Source of the DNA: SAR324 cluster bacterium
GTDB lineage: Bacteria > SAR324 > NAC60-12
Length of the DNA: 33,181 nt
Assembly: GCA_028822475.1 (NCBI GenBank)
Contig: JAPKDT010000001.1
Span: 1 to 33,181, forward strand
Direction: 5' to 3'
Part shown: one piece after another, positions 16,331 through 25,652 of the stretch
Position numbering within the stretch: the stretch's first letter is position 1
Layout of the letters: each line of letters begins with the position of its first letter
Translations under genes and position numbers: made by a program
Notes under the pieces: generated by a model
Databases searched by the model: none
Seen by the model: only the letters and a program-made list of their open reading frames with translations
Told to the model about the DNA's origin: nothing

Positions 16331-16595
16331 ATGAAACCGTATAACCCCGTATTGTTTATTAAAATTGATAAAGATATTGCTGATTATTTAAATGGGGCTT
16401 ACCTGGAAGGAGGCCCTGTTGTTTTTCTGATTGCCTTGGATGATGTGGCTAAGATTAAGGTAATTTCTAAAGTTGCAAAACAGTCAGGATTGAATCGAGT
16501 TAACTTTGTATAAAGTTTTTTCAGGAAAAGCACAACCTAGATGGAGTACTGTACAGGGTTTTTTGAATTTTGAAGTCAAGGCTCAGACTTGTTAA
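16331..16595 (+). pseudogene. frameshifted HigA-type addiction-module antidote (HTH antitoxin) remnant
   Basis: The 60-aa ORF ...DIADYLNGAYLEGGPVVFLIALDDVAKIKVISKVAKQSGLNRVNFV stops inside the HTH. The +1 frame continues LYKVFSGKAQPRWSTVQGFLNFEVKAQTC, matching the family continuation (..R..LYKALSG.GNP...T...vL.alg..). A single extra T in the run at 16505-16507 explains the break. Confidence 0.6.
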
Positions 16596-16675
16596 AAGCA
16601 GTAAGATGCTCAAACAAAATTAGTTTTATAGCCACAAAAATAAAGGGACACCACCTTTCTCAAGATCGGTAAGCT

Positions 16676-18082
16676 ATGCAAAAAATGAAAAATCAAACAC
16701 CCACGCTTTCTGAAGGTGAAAGCAATAGATCGAAAAAGCGTGCGCAATGGGAAGCGGAAACACATAACACGAAAACGAGAGTTATTCTTGAAGATGATTC
16801 GCGTTACTTCCTGAGCCAGTCCGTTTCTAGTCCGTGTTTATCCGTGATCGCAAAGGCTGAAGGAGCCTACATCGAAGACACAAATGGTCGACGTTATCTG
16901 GATTTTCACGGTAATAATGTGCATCACATAGGTTACGGTCATCCTGAATTAAAAAAGGCGATTTCTGAACAAATGGACGTTTTGCCTTTCGCACCCCGCA
17001 GATTTGCTTGTGATCCGGCACTTGCCCTGGCAAAAAAGCTGGTTGAGATTTCACCGGGTGAGCTTTCGAAAGTGTTATTCACAACAGGCGGTTCAGATGC
17101 GATTGAAGTAGCACTCAAAATAGCGCGCGCGGTAACTGGACGTCACAAAACAATTTCTTTCTGGGATGCCTTCCATGGGTCAGGATTCGGGGCTTCTTCC
17201 GTAGGTGGGGAACAGCTTTTCCGCTCACACATAATTGGACCACTACTTTCTGGAACAGAACATGTCGCGCCTTTTGCCTGTTACCGTTGCCCCTACGGTT
17301 ACCCCGATCTTAATGGTGAAGCTCAAATTGAAATTTGTAAAACGACCTGTGCTAATTTTGTACGCTATGTCCTAGAAAAGGAAGGAGATGTAGCCGCAGT
17401 TATTGCCGAGCCTGCGAGGGCGGTACCTTACCTGCCTCCTCCGGGATACTGGGAGACGGTGCGGCAGGCCTGCAATGACAACGGCACCTTGTTAATCTTT
17501 GACGAGATTCCAACCGGTTTAGGCAAGACCGGTAAAATGTTTGCCTGTGAACATGATGCAGTGGTACCGGATATTCTCGTCCTCGGGAAAGCGCTGGGAG
17601 GAGGAATTTTACCTATTGCCGCTGTATTGGCCAAAGCGGAACTTGATGTCGGCGGTGAATTTGCTTTTGGGCACTACACCCATGAGAAAAATCCTGTGAC
17701 CGCGAAAGCTGCTTTGACTACTATTGAAATTATCGAGCAGGAAGGCCTGGTTGAAAATGCCGCAAAACTTGGAAAATATATGCTTGAGCAACTTAAACTA
17801 CTGAAAGTAGAACACCCTTCGATTGGTGACGTAAGGGGGCGCGGGTTGCTGCTTGGCGTGGAGCTTGTGCTAAATCAGAAAGAAAAAACACCGGCAAATG
17901 ATTTGGCGGAAGATGTTCTTTACCGCTGCCTCAGCAAAGGCTTGTCATTCAAGATTAGTATGGGCAATGTGTTGACGCTTTCACCGCCGCTAATAATAAG
18001 CAAAGCTCAGATTGATCTTTCGTTGAGCATAATCAACGAAAGTCTATGTGAAGCGGAAAATCTTTTTGGATTAGTTATTTAA
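16676..18082 (+). CDS. class-III (fold type I) PLP-dependent aminotransferase-family enzyme; could be a transaminase or a transaminase-like lyase
   Basis: YLDFHGNNVHHIGYGHP, TTGGSDAIEVALKIAR, DEIPTGLGKTGKMFACEH and the PLP-lysine block VLGKALGGG are present. The length is 468 aa. Confidence 0.85.
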   Translation: MQKMKNQTPTLSEGESNRSKKRAQWEAETHNTKTRVILEDDSRYFLSQSVSSPCLSVIAKAEGAYIEDTNGRRYLDFHGNNVHHIGYGHPELKKAISEQMDVLPFAPRRFACDPALALAKKLVEISPGELSKVLFTTGGSDAIEVALKIARAVTGRHKTISFWDAFHGSGFGASSVGGEQLFRSHIIGPLLSGTEHVAPFACYRCPYGYPDLNGEAQIEICKTTCANFVRYVLEKEGDVAAVIAEPARAVPYLPPPGYWETVRQACNDNGTLLIFDEIPTGLGKTGKMFACEHDAVVPDILVLGKALGGGILPIAAVLAKAELDVGGEFAFGHYTHEKNPVTAKAALTTIEIIEQEGLVENAAKLGKYMLEQLKLLKVEHPSIGDVRGRGLLLGVELVLNQKEKTPANDLAEDVLYRCLSKGLSFKISMGNVLTLSPPLIISKAQIDLSLSIINESLCEAENLFGLVI

Positions 18083-18228
18083 ATTTAAAGAACGTTTACA
18101 AAAAAGAAAATAATTATATCTGTTGCGCTTTAGTCATCAATGCTGTTAGGCTTTATCGCTCATGTGGAGGAATAAAATCAGGAGTATTTCTTCACTTTCT
18201 ACCATAATCCTTTTAGATGAGGAGTTAC

Positions 18229-19266
18229 ATGAAGAAGCTCATTAATAACATAAGACAACTCAGCCGGGGCGTTCTCGGTATGGCAATAGGGCTGCTGTTC
18301 GCAATTCCAGCGGGTGCAGAAACCCTCACCGTTTATACGGCAGTTGAAGCAGAAGACCTCAAACGCTATGCCTCTGCGTTCAATGAAGATCATCCTGACA
18401 TCAAAATCCGCTGGGTACGGGATTCCACTGGAATTGTCACCGCAAAATTGCTTGCTGAGAAGAACAACCCCAGAGCGGATGTGATTTGGGGATTGGCCGC
18501 AACAAGTTTGATGCTTCTTCAGTCTGAAGGCATGCTGCAGGCATATGCCCCGAAAGGATTAGGAAAGCTGGACACTAAATTCAGGGATTCAGCTAATCCT
18601 CCAAGTTGGACAGGAATGGATGCCTGGATTGCTGCAGTTTGTGTGAACACAGTGGAAGCAGAGCGTTATAATTTACCCATACCAACTTCGTGGATGGACC
18701 TCACTGATCCTGTCTATAAAGGACATCTCGTTATGCCGAATCCGAATTCATCGGGAACAGGATTCCTTGATGTTTCTTCATGGCTGCAAATTTATGGTAA
18801 ACACGGAGGTTGGCAGTTTATGGATAACCTGCACAAAAATATTGCCTGGTACACCCATTCGGGTTCAAAGCCTTGCAAACAAGCAGCACGTGGTGAAACT
18901 CCTATTGGAATTTCTTTTGCGTTCCGCGGTGCAAAATCAAAAGCAGCAGGTGCGCCTCTGGAGATAGTTTTACCAAAAGAAGGTGTAGGCTGGGACATGG
19001 AAGCAACAGCAATCGTGAATGGAACAAAAAAACTTGCTGCTGCACAAAAGCTTGTGGATTGGTCGATCACGAAAAAAGCAAATAAGCTTTACAATCAGGG
19101 TTATGCTGTGGTTGCCTATCCAGGAATTGCCAAACCGGTCAAGCATTTTCCTACAGGAATATTGGAAGCAATGATTAACAACGACTTTGAATTTGCTGCT
19201 GTGAATCGCAAGAGTATTTTGTCTGAGTGGCAAAAACGTTACGACGCAAAGTCAGAAGCCAAGTAA
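18229..19266 (+). CDS. ABC transporter periplasmic substrate-binding protein, putative 2-aminoethylphosphonate (AepX-like) / Fe3+-type family
   Basis: The signal peptide ends ...AIPAGA-ETLTVY. The blocks VRDSTGIVTAKLLAEK, ADVIWGLAATSL, PNPNSSGTGFLD and THSGSKPC recall the putative-AEP binding-protein family, from my memory of that family. GAGGAG lies 5 nt before the ATG at 18229. Confidence 0.75.
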   Translation: MKKLINNIRQLSRGVLGMAIGLLFAIPAGAETLTVYTAVEAEDLKRYASAFNEDHPDIKIRWVRDSTGIVTAKLLAEKNNPRADVIWGLAATSLMLLQSEGMLQAYAPKGLGKLDTKFRDSANPPSWTGMDAWIAAVCVNTVEAERYNLPIPTSWMDLTDPVYKGHLVMPNPNSSGTGFLDVSSWLQIYGKHGGWQFMDNLHKNIAWYTHSGSKPCKQAARGETPIGISFAFRGAKSKAAGAPLEIVLPKEGVGWDMEATAIVNGTKKLAAAQKLVDWSITKKANKLYNQGYAVVAYPGIAKPVKHFPTGILEAMINNDFEFAAVNRKSILSEWQKRYDAKSEAK

Positions 19267-19291
19267 AACTGCTTTTTAACCCTCCTTTTTT

Positions 19292-19318
19292 CCGGGTCGG
19301 ACTTTAAGTCTGGTCCGG
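19292..19318 (+). promoter_or_regulatory. intercistronic RNA hairpin between the binding-protein and ATPase genes
   Basis: CCGGGTCGGACT-TTA-AGTCTGGTCCGG forms a 12-bp stem. Three of the pairs are G.U, valid only on the plus-strand transcript. It is not followed by a T run, so it is probably an mRNA-stabilising or attenuating element rather than a terminator. Confidence 0.4.
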
Positions 19319-19328
19319 AGTTCTGAAT

Positions 19329-20423
19329 ATGCCTGAATCAAAACAAGCTTACCTTCATATCGAAAATCTCACCAAACATTTTGGTGGGTTTGTGGCAGTG
19401 CGTCAACTTTCTCTGGAAATCTTCAGCGGTGAATTCATCTGTTTTCTTGGCCCATCCGGATGCGGAAAAACCACCCTGTTGCGAGCTATCGCCGGACTGG
19501 ATCCGCAATCTTCCGGAAGCATCACTCAGGGCGAAAAAGACATTTCCAATCTACCGCCCTCTGAACGTGATTTCGGTATTGTTTTTCAATCGTATGCTCT
19601 TTTTCCAAACCTGACAGTTTTCCAGAATGTAGCTTATGGTTTGGAAAATCAGCGTCTGCCAAAAGCGGAAATCCGGAAACGTGTTACAGAATTACTGCAA
19701 CTCGTCGGTTTGCCTGAGCAAACAGAAAAATATCCTGCGCAGCTTTCAGGAGGCGAACAACAACGTGTAGCTCTATCTCGTGCGCTGGCCACTTCGCCGG
19801 GGTTGTTGCTGCTCGATGAACCCTTAAGCGCACTTGACGCGCGTGTTCGCGCGGCTCTGCGTCAGGAAATCCGTGCTCTGCATGAACGGCTTGGTGTGAC
19901 CACGATTCTCGTAACGCACGATCAGGAAGAAGCGCTTTCGATGGCGGACCGCATTGTGGTAATGAATCACGGACGCATCGAACAGGTAGGTACTCCGGAA
20001 GAAATTTACGGTACTCCGGCTTCGCCTTTTGTGGCGGATTTTATCGGCGTGATGAATTTTATGCAGGGAGAAATCACCTCCTCCGGAACTGTGCGTATTG
20101 GAGAGAATTCCATTAACTGCGAAACCACAAACATTCAGGTAGGCCGTAAAGTTCGTCTGACGGTACGTCCGGAAGATATTTTGTGCAGTGCTGATTCTGC
20201 TTCGGATCAAGCTTTGAGAGAAAATTCATTTTTGCTGCAAGTTGAATCCGTAGAATTTCTGGGCTCTTTTTGCCGGCTCATTTTGTCAGGTCCTGAAGGT
20301 TTTGGAAAATTAAAAGCGGACCTTTCAACCCAGCAAGTTCATGAACTCAAGGTGACTCAGAACTCAAGACTAACCGCTGAATTTCCCTCCCGTAATCTGC
20401 GTATTTTTCCAGAAAGCTCATGA
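19329..20423 (+). CDS. ABC transporter ATP-binding protein (AEP/Fe3+-type importer)
   Basis: Walker A GPSGCGKTT, signature LSGGEQQRVALSRAL, Walker B LLLLDEPLSALD and a C-terminal TOBE-like regulatory domain are present. Confidence 0.9.
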   Translation: MPESKQAYLHIENLTKHFGGFVAVRQLSLEIFSGEFICFLGPSGCGKTTLLRAIAGLDPQSSGSITQGEKDISNLPPSERDFGIVFQSYALFPNLTVFQNVAYGLENQRLPKAEIRKRVTELLQLVGLPEQTEKYPAQLSGGEQQRVALSRALATSPGLLLLDEPLSALDARVRAALRQEIRALHERLGVTTILVTHDQEEALSMADRIVVMNHGRIEQVGTPEEIYGTPASPFVADFIGVMNFMQGEITSSGTVRIGENSINCETTNIQVGRKVRLTVRPEDILCSADSASDQALRENSFLLQVESVEFLGSFCRLILSGPEGFGKLKADLSTQQVHELKVTQNSRLTAEFPSRNLRIFPESS

Positions 20424-22144
20424 GTAGCGCTGCCGCATTTCCTGTTTCCACAACTTCCGTCAGCGGAGCTTCCGCAGTGAGAATCCGGGTCAGCCGTGAT
20501 GATATTGTGCTTCGTTCCGGACTGGTCTTGCTAATTACTTTGCTGGTGGTTGCAGTTGTTTTTCCGCTTTATACTTTGCTTTCCAAAAGTTTTGAAGACA
20601 ATGACGGCGAATTTGTCGGTCTACAGAATTTTCGTGAATATTTTGAAACACCGGCTCTTTTCACTTCGATCACCAACAGCATTGGAGTAGCCATTTCTGT
20701 GGCTTTTATTGTGTTGGTGCTGGCCTTCGTTTACGCGTATGCACTGACTCGGACAAAAATGCCGCTGCGCGGTCTCTTTCGTGGAATTGCACTGATACCG
20801 ATTCTTGCACCGTCCTTACTGGCGGCAATTTCGTTAATTTACTGGTTTGGAAATCAAGGGGTACTCAAATCGTGGTTGTTCGGTGCTTCTATCTACGGAC
20901 CCATCGGCGTCATCATGGCTTCGTGTTTCTGGGTTTTCCCACATGCGCTGATGATTTTAGTCACGGCACTCTCCACCGCGGATGCCCGACTTTACGAAGC
21001 AGCCGAAGCTTTACGTACACCTAAATGGCGTGTGTTCTGGACGGTCACGCTTCCCGGCGCAAAGTACGGAATTCTCAGTACAGGATTCATCGTCTTCACA
21101 CTTGTCATCACAGATTTTGGTGTTCCTAAAGTAATCGGCGGACGTTTCAATGTACTTGCGACGGACGTTTACAAACAGGTTGTCGGACAGCAAAATTTTG
21201 AAATGGGCGCGGTCGTTTCGCTGGTTTTGCTCCTGCCCGCCGTAGTTGCTTTTATTGCAGATCGCTGGGTACAGCGTAAACAAGTCGCTTTGCTTTCGGC
21301 ACGTGCTGTGCCTTTTCAGCCAAAAGCAGATCCACTGCGTGACTGGTTGCTTTTTGTGTTTTGCGCAATTATCGCATTCATTTTCATTGCCATGCTGGCG
21401 ATGGCAGCCTACGCTTCTTTTGTCACGTTCTGGCCCTACAATCTATCCCTTACTCTGAAGAATTATGACTTTGATTTGATGGATGGAGGAGGTTGGGAAG
21501 CGTATTATAACTCAATTAGACTGGCAATTTATTGTGCGGTCTTTGGTTCTGGACTGATATTTTTAGGCAGTTACCTGGTTGAAAAAGCACGCGGCATCAT
21601 CTGGCTGCGTACCATTTTACATCTTGGCGCAATGTTACCGCTTGCAGTTCCGGGACTGGTTTTGGGCATCGCCTATATTTTCTTTTTCAATCATCCGGAC
21701 AATCCACTGGGTTTCCTTTACGGCACAATGGGAATCCTGGTAATTTGCACAATTGTTCACTTTTATACAGTCAGTCACCTTACCTGTCTCACGGCACTCA
21801 AGCAACTTGACCCAGAATTTGAAGCAGTAGCACTCTCTTTGAAAACACCGGTCTGGCGCACCTTTAGAAAAGTTACTCTCCCCGTTTGTCTTCCGACTCT
21901 GCTGGATGTGGCGAGTTATTTATTTTTAAACGCAATGACTACGGTTTCCGCAGTGGTGTTCCTCTATTCTCCGGAAACAATGCTGGCCTCTGTAGCTGTG
22001 CTGAACATGGATGACGCGGGAGACATCGCGCCCGCAGCGGCAATGGCTTTGATGATTGTTTACACTTCCGCCTGTTTCAGGATAATGCATGGACTGCTTT
22101 CACGTTATCTAAAACGTCGTACACAGGTCTGGCGCAATCAGTGA
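20420..22144 (+). CDS. ABC transporter permease, fused double-domain type (AEP/Fe3+-type importer)
   Basis: The 574-aa protein has about 12 TM segments in two repeated permease halves. The ATGA overlap with the ATPase gene indicates an operon. Confidence 0.9.
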   Translation: MSSAAAFPVSTTSVSGASAVRIRVSRDDIVLRSGLVLLITLLVVAVVFPLYTLLSKSFEDNDGEFVGLQNFREYFETPALFTSITNSIGVAISVAFIVLVLAFVYAYALTRTKMPLRGLFRGIALIPILAPSLLAAISLIYWFGNQGVLKSWLFGASIYGPIGVIMASCFWVFPHALMILVTALSTADARLYEAAEALRTPKWRVFWTVTLPGAKYGILSTGFIVFTLVITDFGVPKVIGGRFNVLATDVYKQVVGQQNFEMGAVVSLVLLLPAVVAFIADRWVQRKQVALLSARAVPFQPKADPLRDWLLFVFCAIIAFIFIAMLAMAAYASFVTFWPYNLSLTLKNYDFDLMDGGGWEAYYNSIRLAIYCAVFGSGLIFLGSYLVEKARGIIWLRTILHLGAMLPLAVPGLVLGIAYIFFFNHPDNPLGFLYGTMGILVICTIVHFYTVSHLTCLTALKQLDPEFEAVALSLKTPVWRTFRKVTLPVCLPTLLDVASYLFLNAMTTVSAVVFLYSPETMLASVAVLNMDDAGDIAPAAAMALMIVYTSACFRIMHGLLSRYLKRRTQVWRNQ

Positions 22145-22203
22145 GAAAAGAGATTATACGGAGAATGAACTGCTTATTTTGCCTTGAGTAGAGCTGAGTT
22201 CGC

Positions 22204-22629
22204 TTAAGTGACTTTTAGCACTTCGACTTTGAAGATCAAATTAGCGTTCGGCGGTATACCCATTGAGGAAGCACCCGGGCTACCATAGGCGAGTCTGGCG
22301 GGAATTTTGATTTGCAACTTCGTACCTTCCCTCACATCTTTGAGAGCAATGTCCCAGCCGTCAATTACACTGCCCTTTCCTAGATCAAACTCAAAAGGAC
22401 GCCGCTTGGCTCGGCTACTGTCAAACATGGTAAAGTCCTTTTCCAGCCAGCCTTCATAGTGGACTTTGATGTGGCTGCCGTCTTTGGATTTATCGCCATG
22501 TCCCGGACGTTCCACATAGACTTGAATTCCGGAACTGCCGGTTTTAAAAGCCACGTCGAGTGCTAATTGTGGCCTTTTATTTATTTTTTTGCTTTGCTGC
22601 TGCGCTGCCGCGGAGGTAGCAACTTTCAT
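22204..22629 (-). CDS. FKBP-type peptidyl-prolyl cis-trans isomerase
   Basis: VHYEGWL..G..FDSS.....PFEFDLGKGSVIDGWD and ...IPPNANLIFKVEVLKV are canonical FKBP blocks. Confidence 0.9.
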   Translation of the reverse strand: MKVATSAAAQQQSKKINKRPQLALDVAFKTGSSGIQVYVERPGHGDKSKDGSHIKVHYEGWLEKDFTMFDSSRAKRRPFEFDLGKGSVIDGWDIALKDVREGTKLQIKIPARLAYGSPGASSMGIPPNANLIFKVEVLKVT

Positions 22630-23904
22630 CTATCTGCATTTAAAGATGGAAGGAGATTTCGCTCCGAGGATTGTCATTTGGATAGGAGTTTTGTTGGCGC
22701 CTTGAGCGACGCCTTTATTAACATCAAGGTACAAATTGATTGTGGTTCCCTGGAGGTGAAATTTTCCGGATTGAACTTCCGCACTGCCTTCAAGCAAAAT
22801 GGTTTGGGAAATTTCATCAAAGCTGGCCCGGTTTGCTTTGGCAACACGTCCCGGTTGTTCAAAACAAACTTCCTGTTCCGCCTGGATGGATTGTAACTCC
22901 TGAGACTCACCGAGCCGTAAAGTGATTTTTCCAGCGTGAATATAGAGATTGTCCGGTGAACGCTCCATTTCCACATCACCTTCAAACATTGCCTGCTGTT
23001 TGAAGTTATCAAGTACTGCACGTGACGCAAGTAAAATCACTTTACGCGGTTCAGAAATTGGTTGTGTTTCGTCGTCTGTTTCCTGGCCCTTCGCTGCAGG
23101 ATCTGGATTTTCACGATTTGTTTCAAGCTCACTCAGGTTTGCTTCAACACGGATACGACCTTCTTTACTGGTATCCTGACCTTCCAAAGTCGCATGCTGA
23201 CGCAGTAGATCCAAAAGTACAGTATCACTGCGTACAGTGCCCTGCGTGGCTTTCATTAAGACATTTCCCTTGAGTTCCATAGTTTGCTGTGGCGCCCGTA
23301 TCTTTTTCGCAGCAGTAGAACCGGCAACGGTTTCAGTCTTTTCGAGATCAACCTGTGTATAAACCGCATAATCTGACCGCACTTCCCGATCCCATTGTTT
23401 GACCTGAACTCCACCTTCGCCGATCAATTTTTCGAAATCATTGTTTGTTCCAGAAACGAGACGGAGTTTTGCAGTAGTTAACTCTATATTTTCCCGCGGA
23501 ATAAATCCTTTGACATTACCCCGAAAGACGGCAGCGTTTTCATTAAGATCACTGCTGAATTCATCAGCTTGAATTTTCATTTGCTCAGTTGAAGCATAAC
23601 GTAAAAGAGTTTCTCGTTGTTTTGGTCCCAGAAATATCGGGAATGCCTCGAAAAAATCTTTGCGGTTCTCATATATTTTGTCCAGCATTGGGACAAACAT
23701 CGCGGTGAGTGATTTGGTGAAACCTTCCCTCTGGAGGTGATCGAGGGTATTGCGGGTGATTTTGAAAGAGTTGGCAGGAGAAGCAAAGCTAACTCGACTC
23801 TTATTCCATACCGGTTCTGCTACCGCAAAACAGAGAAGAAGCAAAACTGCGCTAATTATTTTAAAGCTTATCCGCTTAGACATGTGAAGAGTCAGTTGTT
23901 TCAT
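22630..23904 (-). CDS. periplasmic protein with two tandem LptA/OstA-N-like domains
   Basis: The signal peptide is ISFKIISAVLLLLCFAVA. The first OstA-like repeat covers IQADEFSSDLNENAAVFRGNVKG...LKGNVLMKATQGTVRSD. An acidic linker (NRENPDPAAKGQETDDETQ) follows. The second repeat covers AMFEGDVEM...LLEGSAEVQSGKFHLQGTTINLYL. Confidence 0.6.
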   Translation of the reverse strand: MKQLTLHMSKRISFKIISAVLLLLCFAVAEPVWNKSRVSFASPANSFKITRNTLDHLQREGFTKSLTAMFVPMLDKIYENRKDFFEAFPIFLGPKQRETLLRYASTEQMKIQADEFSSDLNENAAVFRGNVKGFIPRENIELTTAKLRLVSGTNNDFEKLIGEGGVQVKQWDREVRSDYAVYTQVDLEKTETVAGSTAAKKIRAPQQTMELKGNVLMKATQGTVRSDTVLLDLLRQHATLEGQDTSKEGRIRVEANLSELETNRENPDPAAKGQETDDETQPISEPRKVILLASRAVLDNFKQQAMFEGDVEMERSPDNLYIHAGKITLRLGESQELQSIQAEQEVCFEQPGRVAKANRASFDEISQTILLEGSAEVQSGKFHLQGTTINLYLDVNKGVAQGANKTPIQMTILGAKSPSIFKCR

Positions 23905-23905
23905 C

Positions 23906-25555
23906 TTAAGTTGGTAGGAGGCCGAGACGTGCCTGCCGTTTTACATAAGCCGCTTCTATAAAAGAAGAAAAAAGCGGATGCGGCTTTAGTGGTTTTGACT
24001 GCAGTTCCGGATGATACTGACAGCCGATAAACCATGGATGTTCAGGCAGTTCTATCGTTTCAACTAAATCCCTTTCAGGATGTTTTCCGGAAATGCTGAG
24101 TCCTGCTTCTTCAAACTTTGGAACAAATTCGTTCATCACTTCATAACGATGCCGGTGACGTTCAGAAATAGTTGTTTTATTATATATTTTCGCAATCAGG
24201 CTGCTTTCTTTCAGGACTGTAGTTTGGCTACCCAGACGCATAGTTCCGCCGGTTTTTTCGTGTCCAGATTGTTCAGGCATCAGGTCAATCACGTTTTCTG
24301 GATGATCAGGCCGGTTTTCGCCGGAATTAGCACCTTCAATTCCAACAACATTCCGGGCAAACTCTATGATCGCCATCTGCATACCGAGGCAAATTCCAAA
24401 AAACGGTAACTGCTGTGTACGTGCAATTTTGATAGCAGCAATTTTTCCTTCAGTTCCCCGTTCACCAAAGCCAGGAGCAACCAAAATACCATCCATATTT
24501 TCCAATTGCACAACTGCGTTTTCCTCAGTCAACAATTCTGAATCAATATAGTGCAGTTGGACTTTCAGCCGGTTTGCAATTCCTCCATGCAAAAGTGCTT
24601 CGTTGATGCTTTCATACGAATCTCGATTTGCGACATATTTACCGACAAAAGCAATATCCACCTTATCATGCGGATTTTTATAATTTTCAATCAAATCAAT
24701 CCAAGGCTGCAGTTTTGGACTACCTGTCCACATCTGCAGGTAACTCATGATTGTGTTATCCAGTTCCTGCTGATGAAACATCAGCGGCGCTTCATAAACC
24801 GATTCTACGTCAAGACCGTTCACCACAGAATTTTCCGGCACATTGGTAAACAGGGAAATTTTGCTGCGTACTTTATCGGGAAGCATTTCTGAGGTACGGC
24901 AGATGAGGATGTCAGGTTGAATTCCGATTTCCCTGAGCTTACCCACACTGTGCTGGGTGGGTTTGGTTTTCATTTCTGTTGTCTTGACGATTAAAGTCAA
25001 ATGAACAAACAAAGTATTTTCTTTACCGTGATCATGCCTGTATTGGCGAATTGCTTCGAGGAAAGGCAATGACTCAATATCACCTACTGTTCCGCCTATT
25101 TCAACAATACAAATATCCGCGTTTTTCGCTGTTCCGGAATTCTCGTCAGTGTCTGCTAATCTGGCGGCATCTGAAATTGTATTTTTGATTTCATCAATCA
25201 CATGCGGAATGACCTGCACGGTGGCACCTAAATAATCACCAGCACGTTCTTTACGGATAACAGCATCATATATTTGACCGGTGGTACGGTTATGTCTTCG
25301 TGTCAGTACCGCGTTGGTGTAACGTTCATAATGTCCTAAATCAAGATCAGTTTCTGCACCGTCCACGGTGACAAAAACTTCACCGTGCTGAAAAGGATTC
25401 ATGGTTCCTGCATCCACATTTATGTATGGATCCAACTTCATCAGGCTGATTGTCAGACCTCTTGATTCCAGTAGTGCTCCTATAGAAGCAGCGGCAATTC
25501 CTTTTCCAAGTCCGGAGACTACACCGCCGGTGATAAAGATAAATTTTGTTTGCAT
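23906..25555 (-). CDS. pyrG: CTP synthase
   Basis: [24 protein letters not shown] and the glutaminase-domain block GICLGMQ...HRHRYEVN-like are present. The length is 549 aa. Confidence 0.97.
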   Translation of the reverse strand: MQTKFIFITGGVVSGLGKGIAAASIGALLESRGLTISLMKLDPYINVDAGTMNPFQHGEVFVTVDGAETDLDLGHYERYTNAVLTRRHNRTTGQIYDAVIRKERAGDYLGATVQVIPHVIDEIKNTISDAARLADTDENSGTAKNADICIVEIGGTVGDIESLPFLEAIRQYRHDHGKENTLFVHLTLIVKTTEMKTKPTQHSVGKLREIGIQPDILICRTSEMLPDKVRSKISLFTNVPENSVVNGLDVESVYEAPLMFHQQELDNTIMSYLQMWTGSPKLQPWIDLIENYKNPHDKVDIAFVGKYVANRDSYESINEALLHGGIANRLKVQLHYIDSELLTEENAVVQLENMDGILVAPGFGERGTEGKIAAIKIARTQQLPFFGICLGMQMAIIEFARNVVGIEGANSGENRPDHPENVIDLMPEQSGHEKTGGTMRLGSQTTVLKESSLIAKIYNKTTISERHRHRYEVMNEFVPKFEEAGLSISGKHPERDLVETIELPEHPWFIGCQYHPELQSKPLKPHPLFSSFIEAAYVKRQARLGLLPT

Positions 25556-25652
25556 GTATAAATCAGGTTTCTTTTTTTAGAGTTGGTTTTCAGTTAAAAA
25601 AATAGTTGAACTTTAGTGCAGCAGGAAATTTTTCACAAGTTAATTTAAAGAT

